Origin: Cyanophora paradoxa CCMP329
Taxonomy: Eukaryota; Plantae; Glaucophyta
Assembly (NCBI GenBank): GCA_004431415.1
Contig: QPMI01000494.1
Coordinates: 585,766-649,765 of the forward strand
Length of the DNA stretch: 64,000 nt
Direction of reading: 5' to 3'
The position numbers were made by a program, and so were the translations under genes. Of the stretch, positions 37,901 through 48,600 are shown piece after piece (positions within the stretch are counted from its first letter, which is position 1; every line of letters begins with the position of its first letter). The notes below the pieces were generated by a model, which saw only the letters and a list, made by a program, of their open reading frames with translations, was not told the DNA's origin and ran no database searches.

Positions 37901-39034
37901 ACCTCGCCGAGATGCGCCTCGTCGACCTCCTCCACTCCCTCCGGTACCCCCGGTCTCATGAGTCGGATTCGCGTACCTCTCCAACGCGTCCCGGTGACAG
38001 AATTCACTCGAATGTACCCCGCGTGCGGACCTTCGCCCGCCTCCTCCGCCTCTACGACCCACTACCCCCCGAGGCCGCCGACGTCGTACGCCTACCCGTA
38101 CCCGTACCCCCTTAAACCTCGCTCAGGGGGTACCGCAGTACGTGGATTGCCTCGCGCTGCTCCACCGCGAGGGGGGCCTGATCCCGCGGCCCCCGCGCCC
38201 TCCCTCCCCCGCGCCTGTACCCCGCCCCGCCTCCGGATCCCCGACCCGCGAGCGGCCCGCCCCCCCCGACCTGTGGGACGTTCCGGATGGTACCCCCGAC
38301 GGGTGTGCCTCCTCCCCCTCCCCCACGCTTCCCTTTCTTCTTTCTGACGGCCATGGGGGTACAGCTTCTGGGTACGCGAGGATGCGGCGCGGGCGGCCCT
38401 CGACCAACTCTTCCCGGGAGCGCCCCCGGACCCGTCCCTCCTCGAGGCTATCCTCGTCAACGCGCCGTACCCCCCCTCTTCCTCCTCCTCACCCACCTCC
38501 CCGGCCCCTGGACCCCCCGAGCCGCTCTCGTACGCGTCGCGGCGGCCGCCCTCGCGGCGGACGGAGTCGCCCCCGCGCGGGGCGCGGCCGCCGCCGGCGG
38601 CGGCACCGGCGCCCTCCTCCTCCTCCCCCGCCTCCTCCGCCGAGCGTGTGGCGGACCTCGACGCGCTGCTGGCGCTGGCGGTAGACGAGTTCGCGGTGCA
38701 GCTCGCCGCGACGCTGGAGCTCGTGCGCGACGCCTACCACCGGCACGCCCTCGGCAAGGGCGGCCGCCCGCCTTCTGCGGGGTCGCTCCTCGCCGCCGCC
38801 CGCGAGTTCGCGCCCTGGGCAGGGCCGGAAGAGGGCGCCTGGCTCGCCCGCGAGGCGGCCCGTGGCGGCGCGGGCGCGGGCGCGGGCGCCGGTCTGTCCG
38901 AGGCCCGCTGCGGGGAGCTCGTGCTGCGGCTGCTGCTGTCGCAGCGCGGGAGCGACCGCTTTGGCGTGCGCGGCCGCGCCCGCGCCGCCGTCGAGCGCCG
39001 CCTCGCCGCCGTCGCGCCCCCGGCCCCCGTCTGA
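32770..39034 (+). CDS. Large multi-exon coiled-coil hypothetical protein with a helical C-terminal domain
   Basis: Chain of short exons with GT/GC-AG introns, for example LAQLVQRARAELLAHDNALDALK, ELRREVDSLHALLK, ERPLRYVLRAIEEIFAGK, TKFGVRDLAEMRLVDLLHSLR|IHSNVPRVRTFARLL and DLDALLALAVDEF; ends at TGA 39032-39034. Confidence 0.65.
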
Positions 39035-39965
39035 TGAGCCTGCGATCTCCTTCCAGCCTTCAGCCGATATTATGACTTCGAATTCGCTGAAGTACATGCG
39101 CATATATGCTACGTATATATTCCGTAGTACCTAGCACTGTCGAAAGCGGGCACCGCTGGAAAGAGGGCCTAGCGGGCTAGCAGTAGTAGGCTACTAGTAG
39201 CGGCGGGCTACCAGGGGGGGTAGCGCTACCGTCGCAGCCTACCGACCGGAACTATGTCTGTACATGTACACTGTACAAGTAGATTCTTACTAAGTTAGTA
39301 GTACAGTGCTGGAGTAGACTAGAGGCTGTGGCCGGTAATTCACCAAAAAAAAAAAATAGTAGAATTCGAACTTTGGAACTAGCTATAGTGCTGCGGCAGG
39401 TGCTTTCAGGTTTGAATTCAAACTGGGGATGCCGATCATGACGCGTACGCGTACGGGGACTCCCGCTACGAGTTGGCGCCTACGTATACCTGGGTTGGAA
39501 GAAAGTTTCCTGCCGATGGGCGAAACTGGCAGATCCTGCCCTTATGTAAATTAGCTACCTGGTAGGTTCTACTAGGCTAGTAGCTACTTGGTACAGTCCT
39601 AGTAACCGCCGTCAAGTGACTGCCAACAGCAGCTTTTATATAGCATGCGAAATATACCGTCACGTGCCCAATCAGAAAACACTGGCATTTTCAAGTCGAA
39701 TTAGTACGGGGAAAACCACAGATCGCGGAAAAAACTGGCATAGGCCGGTCTAGCACATATTTGCGCCGGTTCAAGTTCTATAGGAGATCTCGTGACTCGG
39801 CGTAAAGTATCCGAACTTGTTCAGGGCCGGACTCCTAAGTACAGGCTCCTAGACTTGGTAGTCTGTACCCTCAGTTTTGACGGCTAGTGTGGGCTCGACC
39901 TAGGGTACGGGCGTCTGGTTCGAAACGAAGGCACGCGCGCTCCGCCAGCGCAGCGCGCACAGCGA

Positions 39966-42365
39966 TGGCGGACTCCCAGAACCCAGGACTAAGAGCTAGA
40001 ATGCGAAAGAAGATGGAAAAGGAGCGCCTGCTGCGAGCAGCGCGCAAGAAGAGTTCGAAGTGCCCAAACGAATATGGAGACAGCGCATCCGATGCGGCTG
40101 TATCGGTTACGGATGCTTTCACGAGCTCTATGCACTCGGTCGCGCCCCGATCCTGACTCGAAATCGCGTGGCGCGACATCCGCAGCGGGACCTAGTGAGA
40201 CAAGTCCTTCTCCGGACAAGGAGAACGCATCTTTAGGTGCTAACGATCATTCCGGTGCGTGTCTGCAAGCCCCGCGCGGTGCCTAGCTAAAGCGATCCAA
40301 TGGCCTCCCGCCAGCAGCGGATGGCGGTAATTCGAGTCAGCCATCAGCCCAGCGTCAAACCGAGAATGCGTCTAAAGCTAAGGAAGCCACCGGTAGGTGC
40401 AGAAGTGTCGCCTTCCATATCCACTTCTGTGCTAACCCCCGCCGCGCACGCAGCCGCGGGCTCCGCCTCCTTACCTGCCTCACCGCAAGAGCGCGGGCGG
40501 GCTGCAACTACATCCACGCCTCTTTTGCGTATGCTAGCTTTGGTTTCTGCGCCCGCCTCGGCTGGCGCCACGGTACCGACCGCGCCATCCCCGCCGCAGT
40601 GGAGCCACCCCAGCCTGCGCCGGCGGGCCGGAGCCCGCGCTCCAGGGACGCGCCGGCAGCGCCTGCCGAACCCCCGAAGCGGCCGCGCTTGTCTGTGCTA
40701 GTCCCCGAGGACCGCGCCGGGACTTCTTTGGCGACCGGCGATCTTGCGCTCCCAGCTCTACGTACCCCGAGGTACTAGGTTGATCTTGCCATACAAAAGC
40801 CTTCCGTAGCGCTGACGCACCTCTGCCGACGTTGGCAGCGAACCTCCCTCTACGCCGGGCGCTCCGGCAGCAACACCGACCCAACGCGACGCTGCGGAAG
40901 AAGCCCGGGAGCAGATCTTCCTCCAGCAAGCTCCGACTCAGCCGAGAACAGCCCCCCGGACCAGCGGCCCGTCCCTAGCTAGCCCGCCAGCGACGCCCAC
41001 CTTCGCAGTTCCAGCGCCGAGGCAGCCGTCAACAGCCGCCGACTATGCGTGGAAGCTAGATGAAGCCCAGGCGACGATCGACGAACTGCAGCGGAAGGTC
41101 GTCGAGCAGCGCCCGGCACTACAGAAGCAGGGTAGTGTAATCGGCGGCTTCTCAACCACGCTCCGCGCCCGAGAGCGGGAGATTGAGCAGCTGCGTCTCC
41201 AGCTAACGGAGGATTCCCAGCGAAATGGAGCTCCCCAGACCCCGGCGAAGCGGAAGAAGCCCGAGCAGCCCGCCGTGCATGCGATGCGCATGCGCACGGC
41301 TGACAGCTTGCTCGCAGATCTGCTGGTCCTGCTCTTCCGGCACCTTGGTCGGCGGAAGCCGGACGGCACCGCGCAGCAGATGAACGGGCCGCGCATCAAG
41401 CCACGCGAGTCGCTCGCGTACAACCTCGCCGAACGGTTGGGCGACGAGGACCCCGCGTTCAAGGCCTTCCTCGCCGACCGGGTCCGCGTGCTCTTGCGCA
41501 GCGCCGCGCCCGCGTGCCGCAGTGCGCACCGCTGACTGCGGCTTCACAGTTCCCGAGACCGGTCCTGTCCGCAGCCATGCTGGAGGAGATCCGGTTCGGA
41601 GCTGGCCTGTCCGGCGAGAGTCTGGAGATGATCCGGCTGGGCTTTAAGGACCTGGCCGAGGGCTTTGACGTGCCGTCGCGGGAGGAGATCCGTGAGTACC
41701 GCTCGGAGGAGACCGCGAAGCTCCCCGACATCGAGGAGTTCAAGCTTGCGCATGCAGGCGACGACGGCGACACCGGGGAAGGTGCGCCGCCGCACGTCGC
41801 GCCGCCGCCGCGCGCTGCGCATGCGCGTGCGCCGCCCGGCCACTGATCGAGAGCGAGCAGGCGTCTGCGTGAATGTCGTCTCCGGGAAGGCGCCCAGAGG
41901 CTGCAAGCAAGTGCGGCGGGGTACACAAGGTCGGCATCGCTCCGTACCCCTACCCCGGTCCACCCTCGCCTAGGCCTGACCTCCCGTGGCAGGATGATGG
42001 AGATGACGGCGAGCGAGTGGGAGGAGTGGGCCGTGCACCGGCAGCTGCCAGACGACGACGAGGAGGATGAGCGGCCGGCCGAGGAGCCGGGTGCCAGCGA
42101 TGAGCTGGAGCTCGAGGTCGGCCCCGACGAGGGCAGCGACGACGATGACCTTCCTCCCCTCATCGGCAGGGGGCAATCCGCCGCCGCCCCCCGACCATCC
42201 GGCGACGGCGCGCCCGGGCCATCCACCGGCCGGCCGGGCCGCGGCGTCCGACGCAGGACAAGGGCAAGGCCAAGGCCAAGGGCAAGGGCAAGGGCAAGGC
42301 TTCGGCCGAAGGCCCCGAGGCCCCTCCCCCCCCGAGGCCGCCGCCTTGGGGGAGAGAGGGTGTGA
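39966..42365 (+). pseudogene. Spliced transposase-like gene remnant: frameshifted 5' part, catalytic core apparently missing, acidic C-tail
   Basis: Exon 41009-41481 encodes a coiled coil and PAKRKK (NLS-like). Exon from 41551 reads FPRPVLSAAMLEEIRFGAGLSGESLEMIRLGFKDLAEGFDVPSREEIREYRSEETAKLP. After GVCVNVVS the frame breaks abruptly into an acidic tail. Confidence 0.5.
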
Positions 42366-42388
42366 ACTACGCCTTGCACCCGTCGGTG

Positions 42389-42583
42389 CGCCCCGCCCCG
42401 CCCACCCCGCCCCGCCCCGCCCCGCCCCGCCCCCCATCCCCCGCCAGCCCCTCCCCGCCCCGCCCCGCCCCGCCCCGCCCCGCCCCCCACCCCCGCCAGC
42501 CCCTCCCCGCCCCGCCCCGCCCCGCCCCGCCCCCCACCCCCCGCACGCCCCGCCCCGCCCCGCCCCGCCCCGCCCCGCCCCGC
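42389..42583 (+). repeat. (CCCCG)n-rich tract between the two convergent genes
   Basis: Directly visible. Confidence 0.9.
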
Positions 42584-42587
42584 CTGG

Positions 42588-43313
42588 CTATATGCTCCCC
42601 GTACTGTGTGCATCATCATAGAAAAGGTGGAGCTTCTCGCGGGCAGAAAGTTCGAGGAAGAGAGGGGAGGAGCAAACTACTATATTGGAGGGGACCCAGC
42701 CGTACTTGCCCCGCGCGGTAAAGAGGGTAACGGGGGTGTAGGGCGGGGCTCTAAACAATCTGCGGCGGCGAACTGGGGCTGCGCCGGCGGCCCCGCGCGC
42801 GACTTCCTGCTCCGCCTCGCGGTCCGCCGCGAGAGCCCGCTCGTCGCCCTCCAAGTAGAACTCGTCGCGCCGCGCGATCACCTCGCACCTGTCCCCGTTG
42901 CTGTCGAAGATGAAGATCTGCGTGTGCTCGACGCCGCGGGCCAGGTCCAGCTCGCCCGCGTCGTTCTTCGGGAAGAGCTCCCGCGGACGCGCTTTGAACC
43001 TCTTCAGGAACGAGGGCGCCTTCCCCTTCCCGTCCTTAGCGATCGTCCGCACCATCGGCGCGTCGAAGTAATCGCTGGGCTGCGGGCGCGGCTTCTGCGG
43101 CTGTGGCACTGCGACGCGAAGAGGGTACGGCTGCGGCCAGAACACGAGCGTCCGCACACCCCAGGGAGTGTGGAACAACACGGGCAGCGGGGGCATCTGC
43201 ACTGGCACAACCGCAAACTGCTGCTCCTGCTGCGCTAGCTCTAGCTGCTGCGACTGAGGCTGCAAGAAACCGGACGGCACGTCGATGCTGTAGCTGACGA
43301 TGGCGCCCGCCAT
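42588..43313 (-). CDS. Hypothetical protein of about 241 aa, convergent partner ORF inside the element; C-terminus uncertain
   Basis: Open frame MAGAIVSYSIDVPSGF...FHTPWGVRTLVFWPQPY...VEHTQIFIFDSNGDRCEVIARRDEFYLEGD with coding-like composition. Confidence 0.55.
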   Translation of the reverse strand: MAGAIVSYSIDVPSGFLQPQSQQLELAQQEQQFAVVPVQMPPLPVLFHTPWGVRTLVFWPQPYPLRVAVPQPQKPRPQPSDYFDAPMVRTIAKDGKGKAPSFLKRFKARPRELFPKNDAGELDLARGVEHTQIFIFDSNGDRCEVIARRDEFYLEGDERALAADREAEQEVARGAAGAAPVRRRRLFRAPPYTPVTLFTARGKYGWVPSNIVVCSSPLFLELSAREKLHLFYDDAHSTGSI

Positions 43314-43777
43314 TGCGCGGGAAGGGAGGGGAGGAAGTGTGCTGACGCCTGCGCCGAACGATCCAGACCTACCTAGCAACGACTACTCGAGCCGACTTGA
43401 AGCCGCCCATACAACGCATTCTTTCCTTGTTTCAAACTTTATGTTAAGGACATATGTATATCTATCAAGAGCAGAATATATATACTCTAGTTGAAAATCG
43501 TTGGTATATTTGGGGGGCCCTATATCGTGACTCAACGTTGTTACACCGAACGGTCGCGCTTTTTTCCGCGACCTGTGAAAGCGGGCACCTGGCAACACTA
43601 ATCTGACTCGAAACCGGGCACCGGGCGGCCATTGGTCGAAGGCTCCGGTGAGTCGAGTCAATCAACTTGGCTCGGAAAAAGGTTTGTATGGCGGAAATCG
43701 CGCCATAGAGCCATAACTCGTAGCGAGTTCCGGCCCAGATCTACTAGGCTAGAGTCCCGGCCCCCGGGACAACAACA

Positions 43778-44546
43778 ACTTTCGATTTGTGTCGAAATCT
43801 ACTAGTAGTGTAAAACTATATCCTGCATTGTATCTTGTACCCTTCTGGCAGCTTCTGCCAGTTCCGAACTATCGGAAGTTCCTGTTTTTTGTTTTTCTGT
43901 TTGTTTTTGCAGTTCCGAACTCCATCGCTGAATCGGTGAGTCGGTGATCATGACACACGAATCGTGACTCACACTGTCTCACAGTGATCATGATTCATGA
44001 CTAGAACTGTAAACGTACAAATATCCGCCAGCGTTTAATTTTGACTATATTCACTATATTCACCAGACCCTCGCGCTGGCGAATATTTGACGCTGGCTTA
44101 TCTAGTCGGAGAGATAAATTGGGCGATGTGAAACTCCTAGTAGTTGTTGTTGTGTGCTAATGCAAATCCTTCCGAATATTTGACGCTGGCGAATTGAGCT
44201 TTTGTATGGAGAGTGGGGTACGAGCGGCTGACTCGTCTATTACGAAGCCTTTAATTTGAAGACGCTGGCGGATTAATTTTCGCCAGGATATCCGGGTTTT
44301 GGCGAATTAAAGTGCCGGCGGAAATTCGTACGTTTTCAGTATATATCATAGATTCATAGTATAATAGTACATACTATAAAAACTTTCGATCGCGATTTAT
44401 GTCGAAATCTTGTGTAAACTTGAAAACTATTTCTTGCATTGTGTTTTGTACCCGGTGAGTCGGCGGTGACCCTTCTGCCAGTTCCGAAGTTCCTGTAATT
44501 GTTTTTGTTTTTCTGTTTGTTTTTGCAGTTCCGAACTTCATCGCTG
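43778..44546. repeat. Two diverged ~150-bp direct repeats (43778-43930 and about 44382-44546)
   Basis: Shared gtcgaaatct...tgcattgt...cttctgccagttccgaa...gtttttctgtttgtttttgcagttccgaact.catcgctg. Confidence 0.8.
44007..44339. mobile_element. MITE with a ~34-bp imperfect TIR (CTGTAAACGTAC...), TA-target type
   Basis: Left end ctgtaaacgtacaaatatccgccagcgtttaatt versus right-end reverse complement ctgaaaacgtacgaatttccgccggcactttaatt. Internal (ga)cgctggcg repeats; TA follows the right end. Confidence 0.75.
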
Positions 44547-44718
44547 CATACACCGCTACCCGGCTGAACTTCATCGCTGCATACAAAAGCCCTGCGAAGA
44601 CCGACCTACTAATTATAAAGATTCTAGCTGCACGGTCTGCACGGTACTGCACCTGCTAAAGTGTCGGTTTTGGCGAACTACTAATTTTTTTCCTGTACTA
44701 AATTAACTAGTTCTACAG
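44374..44718. mobile_element. Second copy or relative of the CTGTAGAACTAG MITE family; left end degenerate
   Basis: Right end attaactagttctacag|ta is the reverse complement of 2752-2768, and 44651-44690 matches 2946-2980 inverted. The left end may be ta|ctataaaaact. Confidence 0.5.
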
Positions 44719-45019
44719 TACTGCGGTAGTTCGGCGGCGCCGGCCGCGGGGCGCCGCCGCGCCGGGGCCCGCAGCCGCCGGGCCGGGCCTTCCGGCCTCA
44801 TTGCAGCAGTGCCGCCCCAACCGTGCACCGGTACCGTGCCACGGTGGTCCGTGGCACGCGGCGCCGGCGGTGTACATGTGGCAGTGTGGCACTGTGTGGG
44901 ACCGTCGAACTGTGCGGCACAGACTCACTGCAGCTGTCACACTGACTTCAAGGCTTACAAGTTACAACCGTGTACATTTGTCATGTGGGCAGTGGGCACT
45001 GGGCTGCTGGGCACTGGCC

Positions 45020-45330
45020 CCCTACATGTGGCACGAAATTTCCGCGTCGATAATTACCGCGTTTTAGAGCCCGGACCCAAGGTGGGCAAAATACCGCGGT
45101 ACCAAATTACCGCGTTATATATATAAAAGTTTGAGGCTTGTTGCCACTTGTATGGGGTGGTAATTTTGGGCGGGTACTGTATGGGGCGACTTCGCAGCAG
45201 GTTATTACCGCGGAACCAAATTTGCAAATTACCGCGTTAATGCAAGATTTTGGCGCGGAAATTTGGTACCGCGGTAATTAAGTGAGCGCGGTATTATATT
45301 GCCACACGGAACTTGTGACGGAAGTTAGGG
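45020..45330. mobile_element. Non-autonomous element with CCCTA...TAGGG termini (EnSpm/CACTA CCC-type-like)
   Basis: CCCTA at 45020 and TAGGG ending at 45330, a 2-bp CC on both flanks, and at least six (aa)taccgcg repeats in both orientations. Confidence 0.6.
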
Positions 45331-45658
45331 CCGACTATCATAGTCACTGAGTATCGACCGTGCGACCTCGGAGACTCGGAGCTGTCATCAGCGTCATGTC
45401 GCCGACTCGCTGCGTCACGGCGTGTGAGTCGGTAGTACTCGGTACTGCTGGTACTACGGTAGCACTACACATCGTATCATATATAGCGCTAGCGAGAGCA
45501 CGCGTACCGTAGTACGCAGCCCGAGGCGACTGCGTGTACAGTAACGTCGATAACCGCGTCGGACTCGGGAGCGCGCAGCTGCTAGCTGGCAGGTGGGCCT
45601 TAGGTGGGAGCACATTCTATAGCTGCGTGCTATTCTGCGGCTGCAGCGGCTGCAGGAA

Positions 45659-48600
45659 ATGGCTGTCCCGGAGACGTCTCCCGCTGAAAGGCGTGGGCGA
45701 CTGCGGCTGCGCAATCGGAGCGGCTGCACATACCCCAAAGTGGCCGTCCTCGCGCTTCTCGCGGGCGTCTTCACCGTCGCGAGCGCTGCAGCTGGGAGCT
45801 GGCTCGGCCTGACTAAGAGTACTAGTGGTGCGTTTTTGACTTTCGAAGCGGTCCTTGTTGGAATCCCTTGTTGACGGAGTTCGAAACGCAGCAATGTATG
45901 TCGAGACAACTGTGTCCGACCTAACGACTTATTACAGCCATGTGCAAATGCCCGGTACGATTCCCTTGAAGCTCCCGATGACGTTCGAATTCAACATAAA
46001 GGTACGCGCGCGCCTGCCACTTGCATCCCTGATTTGCCGATGACTTTGCCGCCCTTTTGCTATTCTTACACTGGATCTCCCCTCCCGCAATGCCCTGGCG
46101 CCGCGGTCGACAGGTTGCGGAGCTGCAGGCCGACTACGCGCGCGTCTTCGAATTCTGGAGGACGGCCGCGGACACCATTGTGCGTAGTGCCGCGGCTGGA
46201 TTGATTAAATTACACGCTCGCGATCGCGAGCAGCCGCGTCACAAACAAACTGACTCGAATTCGAACCCGGTGACCTGACAGATGCTGCACTTCAGAAAGG
46301 GTACCAAGGCCGGCACCTACTATTTTCAATTCCGGGTCGGCCATGGGAACTCTGCTGGCAGACCCGTGGATCTCTTCAAGGACGAGCTCGTGGTGGGCGA
46401 CTGGTACCATGTCGGTAAGCTTGAGCTTCCAATTGCGCTTTAATTTGCGGGAACCGCGCGCGCGGCGAGCCTGAGAACGCCGTCGCTGACGTTCGCGATC
46501 GTCGCTCTTTCGCAGTCTTCAGCTTCGCCGCGAATTCGGATGTTACTTCGTACCTCAACGGCGTGAGCAAGACGGCATCTCAGAGTTTCTCGTATGTCGG
46601 GGGAGCGAATGACCCTTATCCGGCGATCACCACCGGCACCTGGATCAATCTCGTCGACGGCGCCCGTGCGAACATGTACCTCTTCAGATCGGCCGTCGCT
46701 AGCGATCCGTGCGTTTAATTCACATCTTGGCCGTCCCTCGGCCGTTCTCAGTCTAATCGATATCGGCATCAGGAAACCTCGCGGCGTGTATCTCGGCGGC
46801 TTCCGAATCTGGAAGTCGGTGCTATCCCAGACCGACGTCTCTACCCTGTACAACGGGGTGAACGAGGTCGCCGGCGACCTACTAGTGTATTACAAGTTTG
46901 ACCAAGCCGGGCCAGCCCCGTACAACCGGCCCAGTCGCTTCGACGATTATTCGGTGCCCACGGCCGTTCGATTTGTCAATTATTTGCCGATATATATAAA
47001 ATTAAAGCTTGCGTCATTTTGAAAATGATAGTGCGTCCTCTGCTAATTGGATGCCTGTGGAAACAGGGCAACGGGTACAACACCACGCTCATAGATGGCG
47101 ACGTTCAGTCTAGACAATTCAGCGCGCTCCCGCCCCTCAGCCGCGACTCGGGTACGAACTGCGAATTAATATTATAGTTTTTGAAGAAGAAGAGAGCATG
47201 TGCAAGCTTGACTTTTCTTTTCTCTGCACGTGATCAGCTGCCTACTTTGGCACCACCGGCGGCTTGGATGGGCCGCGGTCGATCACTGCGGTCTCGACGT
47301 ACCTTGGTGTGCCTTTGACGATCGAATTCAATTTGAAAATGGACCAGCTTCAAGGGTCGGCGACTCAACAGGAAGCCAGGTCCGAGTGCACGGGAAAACC
47401 ACCATGGCCATGCCATGAGCTAACCGTAAACGGCGAACAATCTATTCTTACTCGGATTTCGTACCATCGATCGCATTTGGATCAACAGCATTATCAACTT
47501 CAGTGCGATTTGTTTTTTGAAAATCGTCCCGATGTGTGCCACATTAAAACAAATTGAAACCAAAACAAGGCGAAACTTTAAGCCGCTCGAATTCTGTAAT
47601 AGTATTATGCAAGTACATTTTATCTACGCGAGCGCATTGTGATCGTGCGTATTCGGCGCAGTTACAAATGAGGGGGCTGGCACGAATTCTGAGGTGGTGA
47701 GCATTACTGTGAAATGTGCTAGAATATTCGATTGACTCGGCTAAAATGCAGGCGTTGTCAACCAAGTTCGACACAACAGGAAACGGCGCGTACACAGATA
47801 GATTAGCATTCTCTATACGCACGGCGTTGAAAACCGCTCAAACTTGCCACTCTCTGTAGCTCTCGTACTTCAGGTCCGCGACGTCTCTACAGCCTCTACT
47901 CCGATCTACCTGTTTCGGCCATCGGACGTCGGCATCCTGAAGGTGCCCGTTTTTAGGCATATGCATGGATCCGGAGTTGTAACACAGTGGCTTATGTTTG
48001 ACACCGATATCTAATATCGCAGGTCGACACCTGGTACGGTGGTCCCTCCAATTTCTAATTCGAGCATATCAGAAGTCGAGATCGATTCTGAACGAATTGT
48101 TTAGGTATCACGTGGTCATCGCGATCGGCAGTGACAACAGTGTTTATTCTTATCTAAATGGCGTATCTTTCGCTCCAAGCGCTGCAAAGCTTTCCGTGAC
48201 TCCGAAGACAATATGGCGCTACGCTAACTACATTGGCAAGTCCGAGACGGTCTGCCCAGATCGATATCACGCATACCAATGGTTTTTGCGATATGAAGCG
48301 ATATTTTCCGACGATTGACACGCACGACCGAGCAGCGTGCGCACTTGACTGGAGCATACCTGGGCGGCCTGCGCATTTGGAACACGCTCTTGGGCCCGGG
48401 CGAGGTGCAGATCCTGAACACGTCTTCGGTGGCCAACCCGGCTCACATGTACTACCGCTTTGACGAGCCTGCTGAGGTACGCGCGAGGTTTACATATGAG
48501 AGATGAATCTTGAGTCTGTTTGAATTAAACTTGTCTCACACGAATTAACTGAACAGAGCACGACGACTGTCAACTATGTACGCATGCTAATCTCCCCAAC

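Larger units (their letters stand above)
39455..43735. mobile_element. Putative two-gene DNA transposon, internally deleted, with mirrored end motifs; exact termini uncertain
   Basis: Four inverted motif pairs in mirrored order: cgctacgagtt (39464/43715-43725), CCAAT (39668/43631-43635), tttcRagtc..attagt (39689-39705/43597-43613) and CACAGRTCGCGGAAAAAA (39717-39734/43560-43577). They enclose two convergent genes. Confidence 0.55.

Noticed and set aside
4424-38684. Many 150-470 aa R/P/G/A-rich ORFs on both strands (for example 4424-5392, 29135-30547, 37024-38115)
   Set aside because: They reflect stop-codon scarcity in GC-rich DNA; they run through introns or antisense to spliced genes that have recognisable motifs.
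39345-39356. A12 run as a SINE/LINE tail
   Set aside because: No TSD or element body could be recognised upstream.
42588-43313. Calling the partner ORF RAG2-like
   Set aside because: No kelch repeats or PHD cysteines are visible; only the convergent arrangement is similar.
43980-43986. Perfect RSS heptamer CACAGTG near the transposon
   Set aside because: No nonamer at 12/23 spacing and no matching partner end; it sits in CANTG-rich low-complexity DNA.
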